Assembly: GCF_006345805.1 (NCBI RefSeq)
Contig: NC_043000.1
Span: forward strand, 82,646,001-82,710,000
Direction of reading: 5' to 3'
DNA: 64,000 nt
Source: Octopus sinensis
Taxonomy: Eukaryota
Shown: piece by piece, positions 43,190-56,024 of the stretch
Numbering within the stretch: position 1 is the stretch's first letter
Layout of the letters: every line of letters starts with the position of its first letter
Notes under the pieces: model-generated
What the model was told of the DNA's origin: nothing
Database searches by the model: none
Seen by the model: only the letters and a program-made list of their open reading frames with translations
Made by a program: the position numbers and the translations under genes

Positions 43190-43540
43190 TTTACTTGCAT
43201 TTCGTGCCGTTCCACAGGCCCATCTGTGGCATCAGAGAGTAGAATATCTTGATGGTTTCTATTTTTATATTCCCTCCATGTAGATCTCTCAAATTGTTTC
43301 TGCAGTACGTCTTTGAACTCTAAACTGTTGCTCTGTCTGGATGAATTCTAGGTGGCGATGACAGGGCACTTGTTACTATGGTGTAATTTTATGTTCGCGA
43401 GTTGGTATATCTCACAATGACAAACTTTAGTGTCAGCTTTTCCAGGTTCTTTCATATACAAATCGTTTCATTTCTTTTCCGTCTTCTCTCCAGAAAGTAC
43501 GTAGAGTTTTTATCAGTTGCAGGCTTTCCCAGAATCCGGA
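43190..43540 (-). mobile_element. Possible old RTE-type LINE 3' remnant
   Basis: Minus strand fragment LEFKDVLQK resembles the RTE C-terminal LRFKDVCKRD segment; very decayed. Confidence 0.3.
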
Positions 43541-45547
43541 AGTGTTTCTTTTGAACAGAGAAAGCAGTGACTGTACTGAGTGAGGTAAAAGAAAGGTGGA
43601 TTAGGTAGACAAGAGAGCGGAAGGTAGAGAAATAACCAGCAGAATAGAATTTGTGAGAGAAACAGCCATGCCAGGAGACAATGAGTTATAATGAGGGGTG
43701 GGAAACCAACTGAGAGAGAATAAGGTAGGGTAGGTGAGTGAATAGAGGTAGGAAGAAGAAGGTAGAGCTTTACAAGAAATTAGAAAGTTGATGTAAAATA
43801 ACGGAGATAAAGAAACTGGATGAATAGTCATAGATAGAAAAAGACAAAGAAAGCGAGAGAGAGAGAGAGAAAGAGACAGACAGACAGACGGAAAGACAGA
43901 CAAAGACAAAAGGATGTTACAGTATATCGAAGTGCGTAAGTGAAAAAGACGATGAGAAATTATAATGAAAATGATTCAGGCAGATCTTCATGAGGAGAAA
44001 ATTTAAGGAAAATGAAAGAGAAAGTATAGTGAAGTATGCGAGTGGTTCATGCGAATATAATGAAAGATAGTGAGTGAAGATAAGAAATAAATAAAAAAAG
44101 CACACTAGCAGAAAGAAGACAAAATGAAACACAAGAAGAAAATGGCACCGCTCTTGAAGGAGAAGCATAAAAATGACTGAAATGAAACTGAAATAAAGCT
44201 TGCTATTTATGACGGGTTGTATGCTAGTGTACACATGTGCATTTATTTATGTGTGTATGTATGTACACCACACACACACACACATACACACACACACGCA
44301 CGCACACACACACACACACACACTCACACACACCACACACACACACAGAACATATATATGTATATATACATGCACAGATGATTTATTCTGGCTTTCATTC
44401 ATTTTTATATTTAAATATCATCTCATTAAATTCACTTATAACTTCTTTAGTTTATTCCTTTATTCATTTTTTCATTCATTTAACCCAAATCCTTCATTCT
44501 TTCACTCATTCACCCAAATTACTTCCTTCTTTTATTAATTCATTTATTTCATTCCTTCGTTACTCGGTTCTTTCGTTTACTTACTAATGCTTCCATTCTG
44601 TCATACCTTTTCAGGTTAATTTCTTCCTTCAATTTTTCATTCTTTCAGCCTTTATTCATTTCGTTTTTCATTTACTCATTCTTTCATCCATTGTTCATTC
44701 ACTCATTAATTCTTTTTTCCTTACATGCTTTCATATCATTCATACAGTTATTCTTTCATTCTTTCATACCTTTTCAAATTAACTTCTTCCTACAATTTTT
44801 CATTCTTTCAGCCTTTATTCATTTCGTCATTCATTTACTCATTCTCTCATTCATTATTTATTTACCCATTAATTTCTTTATCCTACACAATTTTTTTTAA
44901 TCAAATTGTTCATTTCTTCTTTCATGCAATTCATCATTCCACGCCTCTCACTATCACCGTTAATTTCTTTGTTTCTTCCTTTCTTTCTGCCTACCTACGG
45001 ACTTACCTACCAAACTATCTGCCTACCTACCTACCTTCCTACATATTTATCTACCTTCCTTTCTTTCTACCTGTCTATCTATCTACACACCTATCTAATC
45101 CTTCTATGTAAATACTTGTCTATCTATTTACCTACATTTCTATCTACATGTTTATATGTTTATCTATCAACCTATCTAGCTAGCTACCTACTTATCTAGC
45201 TAGTTAACTATCCACTCACCTATCTACTAACTTACCTATCTACCTATCTAATAATCTATCTAACCATCACCTATCTGTCTATGTACCTATCTATTACCTG
45301 TTTGTCTATCTATCTATTTATCTACCTGTCTATCTATTTACCTTTCTACCAACCTATCTATTTCCTTATCTATCAAATTATCTGCCTATTTATCTACTTA
45401 TCTACTTACCTATCTATCTATCTAGCTAGCTAGCTAGCTATCAATTTACCAATCTACCTACCTATCTATGAATCTACCTGTCTATCTACCTATCTACCTA
45501 TTTACCTGTCCATCTATCTATCAATATATCTATCTACTCATCTATCC

Positions 45548-45619
<72 letters not shown>

Positions 45620-46528
45620 GTCTGTCTGTCTGTCTGTCTATCTCTCTTTACTTTCTTATTTCCCCTCCCTTTCCTTTTCAGTGTATTTGCTTTTCTTTCA
45701 TTCTTTTCTTTCTTTGTCCTTCTTTCCTTCCATTCTCTATTTTCTTCCATTCCCTCACATTTTCTCTCTTTCTTTCTCTCTCTCTTTCTCACTCTCCTTC
45801 TCCCCTTTCTTCCTTGATTTTTTCCTTCTTTTTTTCTCTTCTATGTCATTTTTCTTTCTTTCCTTTGCAATTTCTTTCTTTTTTCTTTTCTCCCTTCTTC
45901 TTTCACATCACCTCTCTCCCTTTCAGTTTTCCCCCCACCTTTTTTAATCACTCGTTCACCGCTTTATCTGTCCCTACCAATTCATTTCATTTCCTTTGCC
46001 CTCTTCACACCATCCCCTTTCACTAATTACTGAGTCAACCCTTTCCTCTTCCCTCTCTCTCTCTCTCTATTTCTCTCTATCACTATCTCTCTCCGTTTAC
46101 TGCTTATTCAATCAACAGATTCACCTCCAGTCCCCTCTTCTTTCTCTCCCTTGTTCAATCTTCCTTCCCCTTCTCTCTTTCTCTCTGCCTTTTTCTCTTC
46201 CTCACACCCAACTGCCGACACTAATCCCGCAGCTAGATTGCTAACCTCCACACTATACTCCTGAGACCCATTCTCTCTCTCTGTCTCCCCTCTTTCTGTC
46301 TCTCTCTCTCACTCTCTCTTACTCATTCATTCACTCTCTATCTGTTTTTCTCTCTTCCTCTCAATTTTTCTATCTATCTTTCTGTTTCTATCTCTCTTTT
46401 CCACATTACAATCGCCCAATCACATCCCTAGCCTTATCGAGTCTCTTGATATATATGCATATACACATACTATACAACTACATATATGCATATACACGCG
46501 TACATACATCACTTACACTGCTTTACTC

Positions 46529-46589
<61 letters not shown>

Positions 46590-46694
46590 GACACTCGCAC
46601 ATACACAATCTCTCTTTTCTTTATCTATCTATCTGTCTATCTTACAAGAGAGAGAGAGAGCACTTTGCTCTCATGTGTTTATTTCCTCTCTGCC

Positions 46695-46920
46695 TGAGGT
46701 TACCGTGGTCTTTTCTGTAGGCTTTTCTTTCCACGGATGAACCTAATATTGTTTGTTACTTAAAAAAAATTTCTTTCTGTGATACACGATCCCTTTTGAT
46801 CGAAATTTTACATTTGTTTCCTTTATTTTTTCTTTTTCCTTTTCCATCTTCGAAAAGAAAAGCTCTACATTTGTATTTGTCCCCTCTGTGTCCAGCCCTG
46901 TGTGGCCAATAAAGAAAGTT
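46695..46920 (+). mobile_element. 3' UTR fragment of the Tx1-like family
   Basis: ggttaccgtggtcttttctgtaggcttttctttccacgg..cagccctgtgtggccaataaagaaa is the reverse complement of motifs in 23080-23360 and 21432-21820. Confidence 0.7.
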
Positions 46921-47212
46921 ATCTAACGATCTCTTTCTTTCTTTCTCTCTCTATCTCGCTTTCCTCTCTTTATTTCTTTCTCTCATACTCTCGACCTCCC
47001 TATCGTATTTTCTTTTATCCCTATCCGTCTCGCCTTCACCCACTGTGGTCGATTTGGCCTTTCATCTTCTTTCGGTCGATAAAATTAGTATCATTTGAGC
47101 ACTGGGGTCAATGTAATCGACTTAACTGCTTCCCTAAAATTGCTGGCCTTGTGCCCAAATTTGAAACTAGTGTTGTCGTTGTTGTTGTTGTTGCTGTTGT
47201 TGTTGTTGTTAA

Positions 47213-47410
47213 GGTGGCGAACTGGTAGAATTGTTAGCACGCCGGACGAAATGCTTAGCAGCATTTCGACCGTTTTCACGTTCGAAGTTCAAATTCCGCC
47301 GCGATCGACTTTACCTTTCATCCTTTCGGAGTCGATAAAATAAGTACCACTCAGGTACTGGGGTCGATGGGATCGATTATCCCCTTCCTAAAATTTCAGG
47401 CCATGTACCT
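47213..47410 (+). mobile_element. SINE (family of 55067) between (GTT)n arrays
   Basis: ggtggcgaactggtagaattgttagcacgccgg..gttcaaattccgcc; (GTT)n at 47172-47210 and 47411-47448. Confidence 0.75.
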
Positions 47411-48441
47411 GTTGTTGTTGTTGTTGTTGTTGTTGTTGCTGTTGTTGTTATCTATATATTAATACGCTTAGGCCGAAATGCGTTACGCTATCACGTAATT
47501 AGCTGAAGGGAAAGGCGAAGAGCGCTAGAGAAAGAGGGGGAGAGAAATGTTAACGACGTGCGGTTAGAGAGACGTAATAGCTATTACGTAGCTAAAAAGT
47601 TAGTTGAAGGGAGTGATACAGAGAGAGAAATAGAACGTTTAGTAGAGGAGTGATGGTTCTGGTGGCGAGGTTAAAGAAAAGCAAATAGAGAGGGGAGAAG
47701 AGAGAGAGAGTACTGACATTGCCCGCCGATGCATCAAGCTGTCATATGGTTAGTAGAAGTGAGAATTGAAAAGAAAGAGTAAGAGAGAACTGACAATGAC
47801 GTGAAGAGGGGACAAGCACGGGAGCACCAGCGACTTGCAGGGAAGATATGCTTCAAAGAGTATAGAGTGAGTATTTACAACAGATGAAGGAACGTGTTCA
47901 AGATAGAATAGAAAATGGAGATGAGAGAGAACACTAAAAAAATGTAAATAAATGGTTGAAAGTTGCAACACTGGAGAAATTAATATTCTTAATTATTATG
48001 AGGTTCTTAGATTTGTAAATGAACCATGAACTGTCGACAGAAAGGATAAAATAGTTACTGAACAATGGCTAAAAGGCCAATCTAAGTGACATAAATATGA
48101 TGGGCTTCATCATCATTTTCTTTACTGTATTTTGATTCTTTTTCATCCTCGTATTTCATTCTGATTTTCTTATAACATTGCTGAGGCACATAGACCGGAT
48201 GTACAAGTTACAGGCCTTCACTAATAAAGAACACAAAGCATACTCTTCTATTCAGCAACGTCCGGTGATTGTTAATTTTTTTCCCCACAGTTCATATTAC
48301 CGAACGGTTTCAACATGAACCCGTTCGGTAACATGAAATACATATGTCATGAGACTAAATTTATAAGTTATAATATATCCACATTTGAATGTCTGATTTT
48401 TCTTGAATTCTGAAAACTATGCCTATGTATGTATATGTGTA

Positions 48442-48507
<66 letters not shown>

Positions 48508-48537
48508 ATATAATATGTGACAATTATTCAGTTGCCA

Positions 48538-48600
48538 TTCTAAAACTCCGAGTTTCGGATGTCGGGGCGGAAACCTGCTCCGGCATCTCTTCAGTTCTCG
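48538..48600 (-). ncRNA. Hammerhead-ribozyme-like motif
   Basis: Minus strand CTGAAGA-gatgccggagc aggtttcc gccccgacatc-cGAAAC-tcggaGTT: core boxes around an 11 bp stem II with 2 mismatches; stem I weak. Confidence 0.4.
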
Positions 48601-49257
48601 AGGCAATCAAACCTAAAATATGCTATGAAAATGACCGTTAAACAAAAGGAAATTACTATGTAAATGACCATTATTAAGACAAAAGAGCTATTAGAATGAC
48701 CGTTAAATAAGGGAAAAAACCGAAGGGGAGGAAGTCAAAAGCAAAGGAGTAAAAATGCTCATAGCAATCGCGTATGCGCGCATGTACATGCATACACATG
48801 CACGCACGCACACACACGTACATGTGCCTATATGCATATGCTCACTCAGGCTCGCATGAAACAGACAGATGTGCACCCACCCATACGCCAATAGATGCAC
48901 ATAATATGCAACCATGCATGTACACGTATATATATCCACACACACGCGCAAACACACACTCACACACGTGCACATACCCATACGCGCACAGTTATATTCA
49001 AATACACGTCTAAAAATATGCACATGCACAAGAAAAATGCAGGGTGAAAGGTAAAATAGAAAAAATATGTCTCTATAAATACGTAAAAAATATGAAAAAA
49101 TGTATAAAATATATATATATAAAGTATATAGAGATAAGAAGCTTGTACGTGGACACAATATAAAAAGCAAGTTGTACCTGTGATCTTGGGCGGGACCAAA
49201 AATGTAACAAATATTTAGCCACATGTGGACATGAGATATATATATATATATTGTGAA

Positions 49258-49545
49258 GGCGCATGGCTCAGAGGTTACAGCGTCGAGCTTACGATCGTGA
49301 GGTTGTGAGTTCGATTCCCGGACCGGGCTGCGTGTTGTGTTCTTGAGCAAGTCACTTTATTTCAAGTTGTTCCAGTTCCCGCAGCTGTAGAAATGAGTTG
49401 CGACACCCTTGGATAACATCAGTGCTGTGGAGAGGGGAGGCTGGTATGCATGGGCAACTGCTGGCCTTCCACAAACAACCTTGCCCAGACTTGTACTTCG
49501 GAGAGTAACTTTCTAGGTGCAATCCCATGGTCATCCATGACCTAG
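49258..49545 (+). mobile_element. tRNA-head SINE
   Basis: ggcgcatggctcagaggtta (A box), gagttcgattcccgg (B box), then a non-tRNA body. Confidence 0.75.
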
Positions 49546-50035
49546 ATAGGTGTATATGTATATATAATATAGTATAATATAAACAGCACTTTGCAATGTG
49601 TCACCAAAAAGAAGTATAGCTGTCACTAAATGTGATTAAGGTGTTAAGAAACACCTACATTGCTAGAAATAAGAGCTAAAATGGTCCAACGTAGTTAACG
49701 CACATGAATGAAACCTGAATTACCCGAAAAATGACGATCGGCAATTCTTGATACTGACGTCAGTTTCGGCAATTTCCGTTGACTCATCAGTTAAACCCGC
49801 TCGATTCTTCGGCTTTTTCCAGACTTGCTTCTCTATTAGTATATATGTTTTCGTCATCCACATTAATGGATGATTTAGCAATTCGCTAATGTGTATACAT
49901 ACAGTTATTGTAAACAGCAGGTTGCAATGTTTCACCTAAAAGGAGAATTATAATTATCACTAAATGTAACTAGGGTGCTAAGAAGTAGCAACATTATTAG
50001 AAATAAGAGCTAAAGTGCTCCAATGCTGTAGTTAA

Positions 50036-50099
<64 letters not shown>

Positions 50100-50265
50100 T
50101 CGCCATGATAGATCGCTAGCCACTACACATTCTTTATTTTCTCTCCTTGTTTCGTAGGCTCGAAACGTCAAAGACTTTTTCACTTCCCGAGCGTTATACT
50201 AATTCATCTGTTTGTTGTCTGCATCACCTGTCTTCATCTTTTGTTTTTTTTTGTGAATTCTCCCC
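50100..50265 (+). mobile_element. Penelope-type terminal remnant, hammerhead 5' half deleted
   Basis: gctcGAAACGTCaaagac resembles 6730-6745; T-rich tail like 6760-6830. Confidence 0.4.
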
Positions 50266-50269
50266 ATAT

Positions 50270-50322
<53 letters not shown>

Positions 50323-50336
50323 TATATATATATTAC

Positions 50337-50371
<35 letters not shown>

Positions 50372-50473
50372 CACATGTATACATACATATATATATATAT
50401 ATATATACACATGTATACATACATATATATATACATATATATATGTACAAATATATATACATATATATATACA

Positions 50474-50522
<49 letters not shown>

Positions 50523-50547
50523 CATGTATATATATATGAATACGATG

Positions 50548-51325
50548 TATATGACATCGTGCTCATCGCTGAAAACACGGATCAGCTTCAGACCATGCTG
50601 ACGGAGCTCGACATCAAAAGCTCTGCAGTAGGTCTCAAGATGAACCGCATGAAAACAAAGTTCATGCAGTCAGACAACGTACCAACAGGTCGAATGGTGA
50701 TCGGCTGTGATGAAATAGAGGAGGTAAAGGAATATGTCTACCTGGGACAGGAAGTGAATATGTGCCGAGATATCGAAAAGGAGATCTCACGGAGAGTAAG
50801 GGCAAGATGGAAGGCGTTTAATGGCATAAGGGATGTGCTGAAGGGAAGGTTGGACAGGACCACCCGCGCCAACCTCAGTAACAATGCAGTTCTACCTGCA
50901 ACGTTATATGGTAGTGAAACATGGGCTATCACAAAGAGAGAAGAGCAGAGACTGGTAACGGCTCAAAGAGCTATGGAAAGGTCAATGCTTGGTATCTCGT
51001 TGAGAGAGCACATCAGTAGCGAGATCATCAGAAAGAAGTCCGGCGTGAGAGATGTCATCGCAGAGTATACACGCAGCAAGTATAGATGGGCTGGACACGT
51101 CGCCGGGCTCACCGATAATCGGTGGACCCACGGAGTTGTCGAGTGGTACCCGCGCGAACGGAAAACACCACCCGGAAGACCTCCACGACGGTGGAGTTAC
51201 GATTTCAGGAGGACAATTGGGATCACGTGGATGAGAAAGGCGCGATCCAGAGAGGAGTGGACAGCGTGCTGTGACCAGCGGTGTCAAATGGACGCCTGTC
51301 GGACTGGTCGGTCAAGGTGATACGT
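50548..51325 (+). mobile_element. 5'-truncated RTE-1-like LINE fragment with an uninterrupted ~257-codon frame
   Basis: [62 protein letters not shown]; starts at the (YA)DD motif. The first ~100 aa of track ORF 50241-51320 are microsatellite. Confidence 0.9.
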
Positions 51326-51454
51326 ATGTATATACATGCATACACACACATACATACATACATACATACATACATACATACATACTACATACATACATAC
51401 ATCATACATACATACATACATACATACGTATATACATACATACGTCTACCGATG

Positions 51455-52245
51455 AAACATAACGTTATAGCTAGGACACTCTATAATAAAATCCGTTGGA
51501 AGGATAATCCCGAGGACAAAGAAATAAAAATCCACAATATGGTAGAAGCCATAGCCACTCATGGTGGAATGTACCAGTGAAGACTTCAATAAAATATAAG
51601 CACAACAGACCTGATATAATGATTTGAGATAGAGAAGATAAACTGTGCATAGTTTTGGAAATTAGCTGCACAGCGGATGTTAACATAAAGTAGAAGTTCA
51701 GAGAGAAAGAGAACACTTATGCTGAACTATTGAGAAATCTGCAGTTACTCTATCCAGATTACAAGTTCAGGTTTACATCTGTAATTATTGGGGCCCTGGG
51801 ATATGTAATACACTGCCTAAATACCAATCTTGAGAAATTAGGCTTCTCAAAACCAGAAAAGAGAAAGCTAATTCGAAGACTACAGATCCGATCCATCACT
51901 GGGACTGTAAAAATCTGTAAAACTTTCCAGAAGTTTATCATTTAAATATATATGAGCATGTCAGGATAAGCAACTATATGCATGAGAATACATACATAAA
52001 ACATACAGATCTGCATATATACATACATTCATACATACATACATACATACATACATACATACATACATACATACATACATACATACATACATACATACAT
52101 ACATACATACATACATACATACATACATACATACATACAAAAATACCCTGTTGTTGATGTTAAAATTCCAATGAAGGAACCTTGAATCTAGGTTAGAAAT
52201 CGGTTCTTGCTCTAATAGCAAGAGATTTTGAAATAAACTGAATAA
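51455..52245 (+). mobile_element. Dong/R4-like 3' fragment (third subfamily) with (CATA)n inside the 3' UTR
   Basis: HNRPDI-IWD..LCIVLEISC, YPDYKFRFTSVIIGALGY, SITGTVKICKTF (REL C-terminus); UTR boundary approximate. Confidence 0.7.
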
Positions 52246-52304
52246 TGACATACATACACATAGGTAGCTATGCCTGTATAAGTATTTCTAATATTTTTTC
52301 TTTT

Positions 52305-52655
52305 CTTTCATTTGTCTCGGTCATTAGATTGAGGCCATGCTGGGGCACCACCTTGAAGAATTTTAGTCGAACGAATCAACTCTACTACATAATTTTTTCA
52401 AGTCTTGAACTTATTATTTTGCCGAACTGTTACGTTAAGGGGATGTAAACACACCGACACCAGTTGTGAAGCAATGGTGGGGAGACAAACAGAGATAGAA
52501 AGACACACTCACAAGCGCTCGCGCGTTCACGCACGTACGCACACACACATAATTACACGACGGGTTTCTTTCAGTCTCCGTCTACCATATCCACTCATAT
52601 GAAGACACTTACCCAAGGTGCCTCGCGGTGAGACTGAATCTGGAGCCATGTGGCA
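52305..52655 (-). mobile_element. Degraded copy of the main SINE
   Basis: Tail gtcattagattgaggccatgctggggcaccacc and head gacacttacccaaggtgcc..ggagccatgtgg. Confidence 0.65.
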
Positions 52656-53118
52656 CGTTTTTATGCACCTGGTATATAGTATTTAATTTTAGCTGCAGTT
52701 ATCACCTGTTGATAACGTTCTTCATGCTAATTGGGTAATTTACGTTTTTAGTTTACAACACGTAAAGTTTCTGTTCTGTCAATAAACAACTATTCTTAAT
52801 CCTAACTATTTCATTTTATCCATTTCATATCTCTGACATAATTGATATAATCAATAACTGATGGTGATTAATTATTATTAATTAATTCTTTCTCTCATTA
52901 TATACCCATTAAACGTTTATAAAGATGGATTCGTGTGCATCGTACATGCGTATATGATATATATATATAATATATATATATATAATATATATATATATAC
53001 ACATATGTATGTATATATACATACATACATATATATATGGACATATATATATATATATGTATATATGTATATATGTATATATATATGTATGTATGTATCT
53101 ATATATATATGTGTGTGC

Positions 53119-53150
<32 letters not shown>

Positions 53151-53502
53151 ATATATGTGTGTATATGTTATATAATATAGTATAACATTATATTGCATGA
53201 TATTATATTATATTAAATTATTTTATATTATATTTCCTAAGTGACTGTCACTGGATAGATAGGAATCTCTTATGAATTTCATAGGAATGCAATGGTAATG
53301 AACACGTGTTGTAAGAGTTACGTATCAGAAAATCGAAGAAAATATCCCCGACAAGACGTTTTGAGTACCACACCATAGATGTTTGTTTCTTAGTTTGTAA
53401 TGGAATCTCTAGCTACACGCGTGCGCGCGCGTACACGCATTTACATACACACACATCCATACACATACGCAGCCACGTACACACGCAGAAGTAGTAACGA
53501 AA

Positions 53503-53934
53503 TCTCTCTTTATATAAACGGTAGTTTGTCTGTCTGTCTGTGTGTCTGTGTGTCTGTCAGGTTGTACCCTCACCCTGACCACGGCTTTCAACCGATTCTA
53601 ATGAAATTTGACACACACGTAGCCCAATGTCATAATTCAAAACTGACGCAGCGAAAATTTTGAAAAGTTCCCCCAGTTCTGAAAAAATTGATAAATTCGA
53701 CATGGGGTCGAGAATCTAAGCAACACATTTTCTGTCTAGGGGACACAACTCGACCTTTTTATCGCCCAAAGGGACAGCTAGGAACATCGTATACACAGAA
53801 GTATTCGAGTGAAGAGAAGACATTGCAACCTACACATGCGCCTTCGTTCCCTAGAGGGAAAGGACCAGATTGGGATTAGCCGTTGCCTTATAGGGGCTCT
53901 TACATACCCGGGCAACGCTGGGCTATGCTGCTAG
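53503..53934 (+). mobile_element. Non-autonomous Helitron
   Basis: 5' TC start after A, internal (GTCT)n and ccgattctaatgaaattt, subterminal hairpin cccgggcaacgctggg (53907-53922), 3' CTAG (53931-53934) followed by T. Confidence 0.75.
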
Positions 53935-55066
53935 TTCTTTTATAAAGTATACACAGAGACAAAATAATACTTTTTTTTTAAACAACAGAATAGCGGCATG
54001 GATAATTCAAATAACATTTGGGCGATATTTAATTTACTATCGGACTAAGCTGGATAAAAGTTGACACCTGAAGAAATGCTTATGGTGAAACTAACAGTTG
54101 TAGTATGATCAAAGGATAAGCTAGCTTTTGAACGTGTCTATTTATGTATTCATATTTAGGTATGTGAAAGTTTATATGCACATGCTTACATGCAAATATT
54201 CCTTGCCATATTTATATTTCTAATATAACATCGTCGCATATTTTTTCTGTTAAATATTAGTGACGGCTTACCTTTTAGCTTATTATAGCAAATTCATTGT
54301 TTCCTATTTCATTCTAACTTAATTAATAAAAATATCGCTGATTTTGTCATTGTTCTACCCGCTTACTACTTCCCAAGACTCTTTTCATTCCTACATAACA
54401 TGTTTTGTTTTGCCAACTAGTGTTCCGAAGAGCTATGGCATAGCAGGTTTCAGTAAATCAACTTTTAGTTACAATATTTTCAATTAGTCTACTGTGTAAA
54501 GCGGCGAGCTGGCAGAATTATTAGCTAAAAAGTTTATTGAGTTCATTTGTTCTATGCATGTATACTTTATGTGTGTGTGTCCATATATATTTAAAGTGGT
54601 TATGATACCTCCATTGTGGTAAGTTAGCAGATATAAACAAATATAAATACATTTTGTCATTCTCTTCACAGTCCGTAAAATAAAGAAATTATCCAGAAAT
54701 GGTATAAGGTTAGTTGGTCAAACTTCAGTAATCAAAAAGGTCCACTCTTTTCTGCCCACAAATAGAACATTATAACAATAACTATTTAAATCAGACATAA
54801 GCCAAAATCTAACTAATATGCTTAGATTAATTTACACATCGTGCGTTATTCGTCGGCGTACATAAAAACTGAATATATACTTCATGCACAATCACAGTTT
54901 TGTAGAAAATCTAAGATAATTTAATGTTTATTAAGTATTTAATCACGCCACTGACTGCTGCTCCGTATGTAAATTTCTCCAGCCGTTTCGGTGAGGTTTT
55001 AGTTTAAATTTGATATAAGTAGCGATGGTTGTTAAATTCATTTTATAACCTACACTCCATCATTTA

Positions 55067-55297
55067 GAAGGCGGCGAGCTGGCAGAACCGTTAGCACGCC
55101 GGGCGAAATGCTTAGCCGCATTTCGTCTGCCGCTACGTTCTGAGTTCAAATTCCGCCGAGGTCGACTTTACCCTTCATCCTTTCGGGGTCGATAAATTAA
55201 GTACCAGTTACGCACTGGGGTCGATCTAATCGACTTAATTCGTTTGTCTGTCCTTGTTTGTCCCCTCTATTAGCTCATTGTGGGTAATAAAGAAGCA
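55067..55297 (+). mobile_element. Young-looking SINE with a 23 bp target-site duplication
   Basis: ggcggcgagctggcagaaccgttagc (A-box-like), gagttcaaattcc (B box); TSD tataacct(a/g)cactccatcattta at 55044-55066 and 55298-55320. Confidence 0.8.
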
Positions 55298-55530
55298 TAT
55301 AACCTGCACTCCATCATTTACGACGACAGGAATTTCAGTCGATCCGATCGACGGAACAGCTTAATCGTGAAATTAAGTGGCTGAGCACTTCACAGAATGT
55401 GATAGAGCTTGCCTTTTGAAACACGGGTACTACGCATTTTTGCCAGCTGAGTGAACTGGAGCAACGTGAAACAAAATGTCTTGCACAAGGACACAACGCA
55501 CTGCCGAGTATCGAACTCACGACCTTACGA
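55298..55530 (-). mobile_element. Older SINE related to 10827-11194
   Basis: Head cgtgagttcgatactcggc..gttgtgtccttgtgcaa; tail gatcggatcgactgaaattcctgtcgtcgtaaatgatggagtgc. Confidence 0.65.
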
Positions 55531-55959
55531 TCTTCAAGACAAAAATTAAAACGAAAATGGTTTTAAGTTTTGGCTTGAAGAGTTCAGTTAAACGAACGAA
55601 AGCTCTAATACAGAATTATCCAAAATTCTGACAGCCTCCTTTTTTTCAATATATATATATATATATATATATACAGATATACGTGTGTATATGGGTGTGT
55701 GTGTGTGTGTGCGCGTGTGTCTGTGTGAGAGAGAGAGAGAGAAAGAGAGAGAGAGATTGCTTTATATACTATTAATGATACATAATTCAGTGCATCATAA
55801 TACATAGTCGGGTTGCCGGCGATGAAACCTCGCCTGATGAGGAAGGTTGCAGTGTTAAGAACAACATTATGCAAAGTGCCCATTCGTTTTAAACTGGCAT
55901 AGTATTGGTTCTAACAAGCCGGGTTGCAACATAGGCCTGTTAGGTCTTCAGCAGTAGCA

Positions 55960-55960
<1 letters not shown>

Positions 55961-56023
<63 letters not shown>
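55961..56023 (+). repeat. (CTG)21 trinucleotide repeat
   Basis: Seen directly. Confidence 0.95.

Positions 56024-56024
<1 letters not shown>

Noticed and set aside
49258-49330. tRNA genes at SINE heads (also 11194, 31952, 35474, 55070)
   Set aside because: A and B boxes are present but I could not build a full cloverleaf, and each continues into a shared repeat body.
50241-50547. N-terminal extension of the 359 aa ORF
   Set aside because: Pure TA/CA microsatellite in frame by chance; RTE homology starts near 50548.
55820-55850. GAAAC and CTGATGA boxes close together
   Set aside because: Order and spacing cannot form stems I-III of any hammerhead topology.
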